Position numbers and translations under genes: made by a program. DNA of 64,000 nt from a virus (taxonomy: Duplodnaviria > Caudoviricetes), in the IMG/VR virus record IMGVR_UViG_3300044675_002599, positions 359-64,358 of that record; one strand, 5' to 3'. Within the stretch, counting starts at the first letter, position 1. Each line of letters starts with the position of its first letter. The notes under the pieces are model-generated. The model was given only the letters and a program-made list of their open reading frames with translations, was not told where the DNA came from and ran no database searches. Below are positions 46,760 to 55,776 of this stretch, piece by piece.

Positions 46760-47406
46760 TACCGTGCCCTCCGCATATATACTGATGCAAAATTCTCCAC
46801 CATAGAGAGACGATCTAGATATTCAGCTTTAAATACTTGCATTCCATTCATGTCTAACATTTGCATTGCTCTTGCTTGCAATACTCCGTATACAAGGCAG
46901 TCATGTGCTACTTCTGGTAAAGGGCAAGTAGTAGTATCAGTATTAGGTAACGCAGTCCCAGCAGAATCATATTCCCAGATGTCTCCGGGTTGAGCATAGC
47001 CTTCAATTAACAGACCATTAGGGACAGTGACGTTGGTTGCAGGGTAAACACTAATTGAATTCATACCACGTGCAACAACGATGTCTGGACGTTGAGCGCT
47101 GGGTTCATTTAACCAGCGAGTAATATACTGGTTGTCAAAATTGAATAAGCGAGTATCTTCATACTCGTCAGTTGTGTTTTTAATTTTAATTAACTTGATT
47201 TTATAAATGTCTGGAGCGCAGTAGTCATTAACATTTAAAGTTAAATCTAAAAACCGACGACCAACCAGACAGTCCGTTTGACGAGCTATCTGATTGGCCG
47301 TTTCAATAATTAAATAGTCTAGGCCAAATGGATCACGGTCAGCTTCAGTGCCAAAGTAGTTTCTACCTAGCATTTTAACGTTACGTTTAATTTGACCTAG
47401 ATTCAT
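46759..47406 (-). CDS. Head-tail adaptor-like protein 1
   Basis: MNLGQIK...IARQTDCL, ISVYPA, LPEVAHDCLVYG. Confidence 0.65.
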   Translation of the reverse strand: MNLGQIKRNVKMLGRNYFGTEADRDPFGLDYLIIETANQIARQTDCLVGRRFLDLTLNVNDYCAPDIYKIKLIKIKNTTDEYEDTRLFNFDNQYITRWLNEPSAQRPDIVVARGMNSISVYPATNVTVPNGLLIEGYAQPGDIWEYDSAGTALPNTDTTTCPLPEVAHDCLVYGVLQARAMQMLDMNGMQVFKAEYLDRLSMVENFASVYMRRAR

Positions 47407-47408
47407 AA

Positions 47409-47951
47409 TTAGATTACACCTTCTCGGCTATTTTGAACATGCATCCTAGTAACGGTAAACGTTGCCGATGAGCGAATTGCAGAGAATGTAATTTTTAGTT
47501 TTAAGAACTTAGCATATGATTGCAAGTTTAAAACGGCCATTTCATCTCCTGCTGCGGCTGCAGCTGTGTGCACAAATGTTGACAATAGCGTACCAGTCGC
47601 CGGTGTAAATCCACTTGTGTCAGAACCGTGAAGTTCAATAGTGATCGTATCGGCTGCTGTAAGTCCAGTATAATTTGCAGCAAATAGTACATACAAAGGT
47701 CGAATAACTTGACCTCGAACGTAATCTGCAGCCGTTACTGATCCATCAGCATTGGCATCCATAACTGAACCAGTAACACCATTTGTAACTAGTCCGCCAT
47801 AATTTAATTCAGCGGAAATAGCAATGGCCGCAGTTGCTGTACTAGTGAAGTTCATTGCAACAACACCACCTGCAGATGCAGTTGGAATATTAAGTTGGTT
47901 TGTTCCACCGCCAACAGCTGGATACGAGAATGTAAGTTTAGCGTCTCTCAT
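47409..47951 (-). CDS. Capsid cement/decoration protein (Bbp16-like)
   Basis: MRDAKLTFS N-terminus, beta-rich, directly after the capsid gene. Confidence 0.55.
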   Translation of the reverse strand: MRDAKLTFSYPAVGGGTNQLNIPTASAGGVVAMNFTSTATAAIAISAELNYGGLVTNGVTGSVMDANADGSVTAADYVRGQVIRPLYVLFAANYTGLTAADTITIELHGSDTSGFTPATGTLLSTFVHTAAAAAGDEMAVLNLQSYAKFLKLKITFSAIRSSATFTVTRMHVQNSREGVI

Positions 47952-47963
47952 TGTAATTTCTCC

Positions 47964-48974
47964 TTAGTTAGTAGCCAAACGTAATCTACCAATAGACCGC
48001 GTATTAGGCATCCAGAGTCCCATACCCCAGTCAAACAGGATGTTGTGCATGATTCCATTTTCAGGAGACTTGCCAAGATACTCTGGCTTAAATGGACCAG
48101 ACTGCCAACCCTGTACATATCCAGTTCCGTAACGAACAGCATAAATATCTTGAGCGTTTGTAATGGAAGTAATGACTGGAGTTGTCCCGTTGATCTTACG
48201 TCCTACTGTACGAATAGTAGCACCCTTGTACTTATCGACTGTACGGTCAAACGCGTCAACATCTGTTGCAAAACCAGTACCAGCTCCAAGCGCACGGATT
48301 AAAAATTCAATACGACGTTTGGTTTCTTCATTCATGTATAAGACAACGCCATCGCCATCAGGCGTATTCATGTTGTCAAACAATTCCTGAATAGCAGAGA
48401 TTACTCCGTTGGCCTTTGGCATGTCATACGTAGTAGTGTTTAAAGTTGCTACAGTATTGGCAGGAGCCAGCAAACAGTCAGATGGAATATCGTAATCAGC
48501 AGCATGCTCAAGACGGTACTTTAATCCGGGGAAACAGTCTGGCGAGTTGCCAGAAGCTGCGGAAGTTGGGTCGTTATTAATGAACTTGTCATTAAAGTCG
48601 TACGCAAAGCCTTCCATAAAAATCTTGACCTGAGCTTCTACCGGATCAACAATTGTGTTCTGCTGATCAAGCAATCGCTTGTCAATAGTAATCTTGTTGC
48701 GGATGAGGTACATCTGCTCTTCGTAAGACTTTGGCTTGCCCTTGACTGCATTAGGCTCAGAGTTGATAGCGGACCACGTTGGAGTAGGAATTGTTCCTGC
48801 TTCATTCGTGTAGCGCACACCCTTCTGGCTTAACTGCGGAGAAGTGTAAAACGGAATATCCTTGATCGCGTTCCAAGTCTGGTGCAAAGACTTAGTGATT
48901 TCCTTAACGAGTGGATCGTTAGAGAGAATCGCTTGATCGGCAAGTGTAAGGGCACCTGTGAAATCGATAGCCAT
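47964..48974 (-). CDS. Major capsid protein (BPP-1-like)
   Basis: ALTLADQA...DP...LHQTWNAIKDIPF N-terminus, DIYAVRYG, SIGRLR. Follows portal and scaffold. Confidence 0.8.
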   Translation of the reverse strand: MAIDFTGALTLADQAILSNDPLVKEITKSLHQTWNAIKDIPFYTSPQLSQKGVRYTNEAGTIPTPTWSAINSEPNAVKGKPKSYEEQMYLIRNKITIDKRLLDQQNTIVDPVEAQVKIFMEGFAYDFNDKFINNDPTSAASGNSPDCFPGLKYRLEHAADYDIPSDCLLAPANTVATLNTTTYDMPKANGVISAIQELFDNMNTPDGDGVVLYMNEETKRRIEFLIRALGAGTGFATDVDAFDRTVDKYKGATIRTVGRKINGTTPVITSITNAQDIYAVRYGTGYVQGWQSGPFKPEYLGKSPENGIMHNILFDWGMGLWMPNTRSIGRLRLATN

Positions 48975-48989
48975 AGTAATTGTCCTTTA

Positions 48990-49856
48990 TTAATTACCAA
49001 TTCCAAGCAATCTACTTAAACCACTTAAAGATGGTCTCCGAGATTGAGATGGTTGTTGAACGACGGGTTGTGCAGAATAGCCGGTGTCAATAGGAGTAGG
49101 AGCTGATCGCCTCTGGTCAAGCATGCTTACCAATTCAGGTACTAATGATTCCACGAGTCCAGCTACTTGTTGATGCACGGCTTGTGCTGCATCTACTGGC
49201 GAAACACCAGATTGAATTAACTTATCAACCACGTCTTCAGCTCTACGTGCATAAGGGAATGATTCAAATGCAGCTGCGCGTTGCTGTGTGAGCATGTAGT
49301 TATTCATCTCACCCATCACGCGGTCATACCGCATAGAACTAATTTCCGCTTCTGCTCTAGCTTCAGCAATAGACGGGTCTACATAAGCAGTCTCAACTTG
49401 ATCCTGCCACTTATTGCGAATATTTTGCTCTGTTTGAGCTAGTTCCTGTTCCTGACGCGCCTTTTGAAGGTCCGCTGCCGACTGGAAACCATTCGCTTCA
49501 AACTGCTTAATAACATCAGCCCACTTATTATAAGAGTCCTGTGCTTTACGCAGTTCCTTTGCTTCATCGTTTACTTCTCTGAAGCGTTCATAAGGCACGT
49601 TTCCCGGCTGTTGATTATTACCAACAGTATCGAGTAACTTCTGCCTTACCTTTGATTCAATATCTTCGCCTGAAAATAAATCATCATATGTTTCATTACT
49701 AGAGTTTTGATCTGAATCCGTGTAACTGTTTAACGCCCCATTGTCACTTGCATCGGAAGGGGCGACCTCCCGAATAGAATCCATCAATGCTCCAGCCATA
49801 CCGCCCGTTGCCACTGCTGGTGAGTCAGTGGTTCGTGTCACCATCTCTTCGGACAT
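48990..49856 (-). CDS. Capsid scaffolding protein
   Basis: Acidic N-terminus, VPYERFREVN motif, coiled coil. Between portal and capsid. Confidence 0.7.
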   Translation of the reverse strand: MSEEMVTRTTDSPAVATGGMAGALMDSIREVAPSDASDNGALNSYTDSDQNSSNETYDDLFSGEDIESKVRQKLLDTVGNNQQPGNVPYERFREVNDEAKELRKAQDSYNKWADVIKQFEANGFQSAADLQKARQEQELAQTEQNIRNKWQDQVETAYVDPSIAEARAEAEISSMRYDRVMGEMNNYMLTQQRAAAFESFPYARRAEDVVDKLIQSGVSPVDAAQAVHQQVAGLVESLVPELVSMLDQRRSAPTPIDTGYSAQPVVQQPSQSRRPSLSGLSRLLGIGN

Positions 49857-52070
49857 TTATATATTACCCTCTATTCCTTTTTCAACGCCAGCCTGTGTAG
49901 GTTCTGGTTGCATGGCTTGCATCAATCGTTGCTTGCCAAGATCTGCCATAGCGAAATCTTCATTCGCCTGAGCTTCAAGTCCAGCCTTAGTTGTAGCCAG
50001 AGTAATGTCTGCCTGTAACTTAGCTTGGATTTCAGCAGTTTTCTTTCCAATTTCAATCTGAGCCTTTATCTGCTCGACTTCAGGATTAAACTCTTCTTTT
50101 GGTTGCTGCTGTGCTGCAGCCTGTTGCTGTGCCATCATCATTTGCTGTTCTTGCATTTGTTGTTGCTTCACAGCTTGCTTCTCTAAATGCTCATAGATCT
50201 TGCTTGCGTTAGGCATGCTAGTAAGCTCGACAAATAGTCTGTTTGTTTCAGGATCCATTGGATCTCCAAGGACACCCATCTGTCTGAGTGCAGCAAGTTT
50301 CTGTAGCTTCTGATCAGGGCTATCTTCCATAGATGATCCGGGCACGTAAACAATACGGTGCTTTCCACCAGCTCTCAATGCATCAAAACGCATGATGCCT
50401 TGTCTGATTTGATCAAGTGGAAGCATGTTGCCCTGCATGTTTCCAACAAATGGCAAGATGCCAAATTGCTCAACAAGAGATACTTCCCATTCTTTAATCT
50501 TTGCAGATGACGTTTCAATATCTGCGCGAACATATGAGTGCTGCGTGTTATCGGATCGCTGTAATAACCTAACGGATTCAGCCGGTGTTCCAGCACTAGC
50601 CTGACCCTGCGAAACATCATGTAACCCAGCGACATCCATCATGTCACGCTCAATAAATTGCAGGAAAGGAAATAGGTCTGAGCCAACACCCGGTGCTCTT
50701 TGTATAGTAGGTGGATGACTACCTCTCTTGTAGTTGATACGTCTATAGATTCTATTCTTGTCGTCAATCTCATCTGACATGTTGTCGTAAGCGTCAGCTC
50801 CAACACCACTTAAGTTTTCAACAAGCACATAGTCCTTCTGGCCTTCAAACTGTTCGAGCAGTCTGGAGTACACACGGTTATACGTAGACTGTAGACTGGT
50901 TAATTCAAACCCAAGACTACATCCATATGGAGTACCCGCACGGGGTTGCCATCGCAGTGGAATAAATGGAAAAGAATCACGTTTTTCATATGGCCAAATA
51001 CCGGCATACAACAACGCACTATTTGTGCTAACGATATATCGCCCTTTTGGATAGAGCTTTGATGGTTTTTCCCAGTACTCATAAACAATAGCCGCCATCT
51101 TCTTTGCGTCATAATCATTTGTTACAGCAGAAGACTTCGGTGTGTATCCACGGCCAATCCCACCAGCACCTGACAGATATGCATCTACAAATCCTGCATT
51201 CTGACCAACGCCAGCATCAGGCTGTACTGCCTTACCTGCTTCACCATACGAATCTACAAACCAAGATAACGGCTTGACCATTGCATGGATAAGCCAGCGG
51301 ACATCATCGTCACGCTTTGCAGATGGATCAAGAAACACATCAAATGCTGGAAGGATTTGTTCTACGACATCACCAACATTCATCTTGGTATGACCAACTA
51401 CTTCAGTGCCAGTAGGGTCCATTTGAGGAACAATCTGCTCTCTGTTGCTGTCCCAGAAAATCTTTAAGTAAGATGTTCCACAAACACAAGCCCATCTAAC
51501 ACGTTCTTTTGTTTGCGTCTCTCTATCAAACTTTCTGTTGTAATGGCTAATTAAGTAGTTAGCTTCATCTGATGCTGCTCTATCAACAGGATTGTCACTC
51601 ACTGGCACAGACGATGAATCAGGAGCGCACTGTGTAAGTTTTCCAACAACACCGTCAATAAGAGGACGCATCTTATTGACAGTCATATATCTATTAGGCT
51701 CTTTGTCATTTTGAAGAGATACTAGATTCCTTGATTGACTTTCAATTCGAAACCATTGCCGTCCCTCAAAAAAAGCAGTAGCCATTGCCCATTCAAGTTC
51801 CATCTCTTGTCTATTGCGATATGACAAATCAAATTGCGTTTTGACAAACGTAATTAACTTCTTGGCTTGATCTGCTTGTTCTTTTGGTTCTACTTTCCAA
51901 TCTTTGGTTTCAACATCAATATTTAGATTGTCTTTGTTATCTTTAGTAATGTTTCCAGTATCAAAACTGCCAACAGTTCCAGTAGCTTCTTTCCTTTGAA
52001 ACATGGACATCTTTTGTTGTTTAGTATTCAATAACGAATTACGAACCATTGATTGAAGTTGATCTTCCAT
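49857..52070 (-). CDS. Portal protein (P22-like)
   Basis: FFEGRQW, TVNKMRPLIDGVVG, VFLDPSAK, FPFIP, Q-rich C-terminal barrel. Downstream of TerL. Confidence 0.85.
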   Translation of the reverse strand: MEDQLQSMVRNSLLNTKQQKMSMFQRKEATGTVGSFDTGNITKDNKDNLNIDVETKDWKVEPKEQADQAKKLITFVKTQFDLSYRNRQEMELEWAMATAFFEGRQWFRIESQSRNLVSLQNDKEPNRYMTVNKMRPLIDGVVGKLTQCAPDSSSVPVSDNPVDRAASDEANYLISHYNRKFDRETQTKERVRWACVCGTSYLKIFWDSNREQIVPQMDPTGTEVVGHTKMNVGDVVEQILPAFDVFLDPSAKRDDDVRWLIHAMVKPLSWFVDSYGEAGKAVQPDAGVGQNAGFVDAYLSGAGGIGRGYTPKSSAVTNDYDAKKMAAIVYEYWEKPSKLYPKGRYIVSTNSALLYAGIWPYEKRDSFPFIPLRWQPRAGTPYGCSLGFELTSLQSTYNRVYSRLLEQFEGQKDYVLVENLSGVGADAYDNMSDEIDDKNRIYRRINYKRGSHPPTIQRAPGVGSDLFPFLQFIERDMMDVAGLHDVSQGQASAGTPAESVRLLQRSDNTQHSYVRADIETSSAKIKEWEVSLVEQFGILPFVGNMQGNMLPLDQIRQGIMRFDALRAGGKHRIVYVPGSSMEDSPDQKLQKLAALRQMGVLGDPMDPETNRLFVELTSMPNASKIYEHLEKQAVKQQQMQEQQMMMAQQQAAAQQQPKEEFNPEVEQIKAQIEIGKKTAEIQAKLQADITLATTKAGLEAQANEDFAMADLGKQRLMQAMQPEPTQAGVEKGIEGNI

Positions 52071-52079
52071 TTTAGTCTC

Positions 52080-52229
52080 CTAAACCCATTTGCCAGATGC
52101 TTCAATCTTAGTTACTAAAATCTTTTCATCTTTAATATCATTCATGATAACGGCTAACTTGCCAATAAATGCAGTCATTACTAACTGAGTCAAACACATT
52201 ACCAATAATACACATGCGGTTAAATCCAT
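52080..52229 (-). CDS. 49-aa membrane protein between TerL and portal
   Basis: Manual translation MDLTACVLLVMCLTQLVMTAFIGKLAVIMNDIKDEKILVTKIEASGKWV. GGAG RBS. Confidence 0.55.
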   Translation of the reverse strand: MDLTACVLLVMCLTQLVMTAFIGKLAVIMNDIKDEKILVTKIEASGKWV

Positions 52230-53992
52230 TTTGTTTCTCCATCTCGCTTATTTTTCATCCATGTGGGTACATACTTCTTTCCCACTCTGTCTGTCTCTTC
52301 CGTTTCTGGGCAGCGAACAGGATACTCACGCCACATAACACCGTAACGGAAACTATCAATAGCGTGGTCATTCTTTGTCCCATTGTCAATATCCTCTGGA
52401 TCTCTTGGATTAGCCATTGTATTAGATAACTGCTTGATCAAGTTAGGGGCAGCTCCTCTTACAATCTGTAATTTTGGCCTTAAATTACCTTCAACATATT
52501 CACTAGCCGCAACCCATTCTTTAACTCTGCGCCATCCAGCTTTTCTATCTTTTACTGCACGTACCGCAGGTATGTTCATTTCCCACCAAACTTCAACTGG
52601 ATATTCACCAATGCGTTCAGCTGCATTCATAGGAGGAAACGTGTTTGCCCAGTCGAATGCTACAGCTTCTAGCTTGGTGTTCCATTGACCACCTTCTTTA
52701 GTTTTGTCTTTCGGTGATGCATATCCACGCGTCTGCAGGAACTGCAATACCTTCTTTGCTTGGTCTGAACTGACTAATCCAGCTTCATACACCTCACCGA
52801 TGACATAAACATTTTCTCGTTCATCACTTGCGTACAAAATAAAACACGCTGGAGCACCAGTACCAAAGTCATGGCTACCCCATATTCTCCACCAAGGTTG
52901 CACTTCGATGTGATCAATCACATGCCAAGGCTTACCAGTAGAATCATATTCCTTGAAGTCATTAAAGAATAATCCACCGACACCAACCTCGTGTTGACAT
53001 TCACGCAAGAACGCTAGCAGGCCATACGTGTCGATCTCGGCTTGACATACCTCTACGGACTTGTGTGACCACGTAGGCGTACCTGAATCAATCTTGTAGC
53101 CTACACGTCCATCGTCACGTTCAAACGCCGTGTACTGCAAATTTTCAATTGCTGGAACGATAGGGCTTTGAATCCTATCTTGCAACATATCTAACTCACC
53201 ACTTAGCACATGGGACATAACACTGTTTGCATGAATTCTGTTCTGCACAAATACAATTGCGCAGTCAGTGCTTTTGGCTGGAAGAATTGTTTGAGTGATT
53301 GTTTTAATCTTTTTTTCAACACCATTGACAGAATCGTCAAGCGCATCGATGTCGTCAAGAATAATCATATCTGGGCGTAAGTGATCTAACTTTACGCCAC
53401 GAGCACCAGTGTCAAGTCCAAAAGCAAGTACGTTAAATCCATTTGCTGTACGTAATTTACTAGCATTCCATCCGCGTGAGAAACCATACTTGTTGATAGC
53501 TCTCTCGATGCCACATCGCTCCATTGCTGTAGCAATATCACTAACGTGTCTATCCGCTGCATCTTGCGTTGCACAAACGTATACGGCAAACCTTCGTGTA
53601 GCTTTAACTGCAAGTCTACTTACAATTAATTCCATGGTGGTTGATTTACCACCTCCACGAAACCAACACTCAATTAATGCTTTAGGGCTAGTGCCTTGCT
53701 GCAATGATTCAGCCCACTTCCATGCGCGATGATGGTGTTCTGCTAACTCACTACTAGCGGCATGTGGTGCGTAAGTCCTTAACCAAGATTCATACTCAAG
53801 CTCATGCCCTTGTAGCGGGGACGCTTTACCACTGTCAAAATCACCATGTTCAACAGCCTCAGACAATTCCATTTTCATTGCTTCCAACAGCGCAATTTGC
53901 AACGGCTTATCTGGACGGACAAACTTTTTTAACGACCTTGGTGTTAATCGAGTATTTACACTACTCTTCATTGTCAACAACCTCTGCGTCAA
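52220..53992 (-). CDS. terL: Terminase large subunit
   Basis: RGGGKST Walker A, IILDDID Walker B, GSHDFG and NDHAIDSFRY nuclease motifs. Confidence 0.9.
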   Translation of the reverse strand: MTQRLLTMKSSVNTRLTPRSLKKFVRPDKPLQIALLEAMKMELSEAVEHGDFDSGKASPLQGHELEYESWLRTYAPHAASSELAEHHHRAWKWAESLQQGTSPKALIECWFRGGGKSTTMELIVSRLAVKATRRFAVYVCATQDAADRHVSDIATAMERCGIERAINKYGFSRGWNASKLRTANGFNVLAFGLDTGARGVKLDHLRPDMIILDDIDALDDSVNGVEKKIKTITQTILPAKSTDCAIVFVQNRIHANSVMSHVLSGELDMLQDRIQSPIVPAIENLQYTAFERDDGRVGYKIDSGTPTWSHKSVEVCQAEIDTYGLLAFLRECQHEVGVGGLFFNDFKEYDSTGKPWHVIDHIEVQPWWRIWGSHDFGTGAPACFILYASDERENVYVIGEVYEAGLVSSDQAKKVLQFLQTRGYASPKDKTKEGGQWNTKLEAVAFDWANTFPPMNAAERIGEYPVEVWWEMNIPAVRAVKDRKAGWRRVKEWVAASEYVEGNLRPKLQIVRGAAPNLIKQLSNTMANPRDPEDIDNGTKNDHAIDSFRYGVMWREYPVRCPETEETDRVGKKYVPTWMKNKRDGETKWI

Positions 53993-54695
53993 TAATGTCA
54001 GGATCGTCTTGATACTGCTTTAATAGTTTTCCAATACCAGTATTGATGTTTACCATTTCATCGTGATGTCTTACGTTAGCTTTTACAATGCCAATAACTT
54101 GCATAACTAAACTGTAAGCCTGATCTACTTCCAGTGTGTATGCTTTTGTGTGTAACATCTTCTGTTCAGCCTCTACAATGTCAGTACGTTTTTCAATTAA
54201 CGCGATTACATCATTGCTTGCTTGATATAAATCAACTCCATTAGATATCTTGTCACCAAGATCTTTAAACAACTCTTCGAATGTTTCTTGATCCCCTGTG
54301 CGTTTAGCCCTAGCCATTTGATTAAACACTGCTTGAATATCTTGGTAGTGTTGATAATTCACGCCGTGGCTGGCTGATTCAGCTCGGATATCCATCAACG
54401 CAGTTAAATAGGCTGCGTCATCTTTAAGGCTAAATAGATCTGGGTCATCTCTAAGTTCGTCAATTCTAGTAAGCAAAGTAGGGGCGACCTTTGAAAATCG
54501 TCTTCTTTGTTTTGACCACAGACCCGTTTTAAAAGCAGGACTATCCGGACCAATTAATGATGTCCCACCGTGATGCTTGCAATGGTCTCTGTCTTTCATT
54601 GCGACGTTCATGCATTTAGAACCGTCATGTTTTAATGAAGAACAAAGTTTAATCTTTGCACCATTAGCAAACTCGCGAACATGATTATTGTCCAA
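53961..54695 (-). CDS. terS: Terminase small subunit (HGGxSTG-like Zn motif)
   Basis: C...C...CKHHGGTS...FKTGLWS. Directly upstream of terL. Ends IIDAEVV. Confidence 0.65.
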   Translation of the reverse strand: MDNNHVREFANGAKIKLCSSLKHDGSKCMNVAMKDRDHCKHHGGTSLIGPDSPAFKTGLWSKQRRRFSKVAPTLLTRIDELRDDPDLFSLKDDAAYLTALMDIRAESASHGVNYQHYQDIQAVFNQMARAKRTGDQETFEELFKDLGDKISNGVDLYQASNDVIALIEKRTDIVEAEQKMLHTKAYTLEVDQAYSLVMQVIGIVKANVRHHDEMVNINTGIGKLLKQYQDDPDIIDAEVVDNEE

Positions 54696-55776
54696 AGTGT
54701 TGTACTATTTTTCCTACCAAGTTACCAAGCATTGATGTTTTACTAGCAACTGCATTTTGTCTAGCATTACTAGCTGCAGCTTTAACTGGCTGTAATACTT
54801 TATCATCATTAGTTTTGTATTTAGTTTGTAAGTCAGTCATAAATTGTTGTTGCGCTGGCGTTTGACCACCTTGCAACAATTCCATGATGCGAGCAAGATC
54901 ACCATATTGAGGATCAAGTTCACCTTTTCCACCACGTCTTGGCCTAGAGATAGGGTAGTTGCTTTCAAACTTTGACGCGCCACCCATAAAGTCAAACGCA
55001 CTGTCAACTTTTTGTTTTGCTGCGCCACGTACATTAGTTCCAAATAAAGTGTCAAAGTCACCTAATGCTTTAGAGGTGCCATGGGCTAGTGAGGAACCTA
55101 ATCCGTAGCGTTGTACTGCTTTATCAATCATAGGTTCAACAGTGTTTTGGAAAGCATAGTCCTTACTCATTTGAAGAGCGGGAGCCATATCGCTTCCAAC
55201 TATTTTTGCTGTTTGTTTACGTGCAGTTGGTCCCATTAATTTACTTGGGCCAAGGCCTCCCTTTAGACCAGTAAGTTTATTGCCAGCTAGATCAATACCG
55301 ATATCAGTGCCAACGTTTAATCCATTTTTTAATGCAATTGCAAGTAATTGATTATATGTATAGTCTCGACCTTCTTCTCCAAAAAAATCATCTGTTGTGT
55401 CATCAGGAGTATCTTTACCTTCTTGATATCCATAACCCATGTCTTTAGGATTAAACGCTTGATATGTTTGATGTGCGTAATCTAACTGGGTTGGTAAATC
55501 CGCAATAAGTCTATTTCTTAGACGTGGATCTACCTTAGTACCAGCGGTTGCTACTTGACGAACTTTTGTTAATTTAGAAGGTTCACGTCTTTGCCTAACT
55601 GCTGCTGAACCACCAGTTTTTAATGCTTTTGCATCTTTTACTTTTGTGCCAATGCCAAATCCAGTATCAACAACTTGTTTACCTTGGTTGGCGAGCATTA
55701 AGTAACTTAGCAGATCTTCACCAACGTTTAATCCACGTTGCGCAGATGGCTTATTTTTTTGGTTTTGTTGTGGCAT
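54685..55776 (-). CDS. Hypothetical basic protein, possible virion component
   Basis: GGAGG RBS before MPQQNQK. About 363 aa. Confidence 0.65.
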   Translation of the reverse strand: MPQQNQKNKPSAQRGLNVGEDLLSYLMLANQGKQVVDTGFGIGTKVKDAKALKTGGSAAVRQRREPSKLTKVRQVATAGTKVDPRLRNRLIADLPTQLDYAHQTYQAFNPKDMGYGYQEGKDTPDDTTDDFFGEEGRDYTYNQLLAIALKNGLNVGTDIGIDLAGNKLTGLKGGLGPSKLMGPTARKQTAKIVGSDMAPALQMSKDYAFQNTVEPMIDKAVQRYGLGSSLAHGTSKALGDFDTLFGTNVRGAAKQKVDSAFDFMGGASKFESNYPISRPRRGGKGELDPQYGDLARIMELLQGGQTPAQQQFMTDLQTKYKTNDDKVLQPVKAAASNARQNAVASKTSMLGNLVGKIVQHFGQ

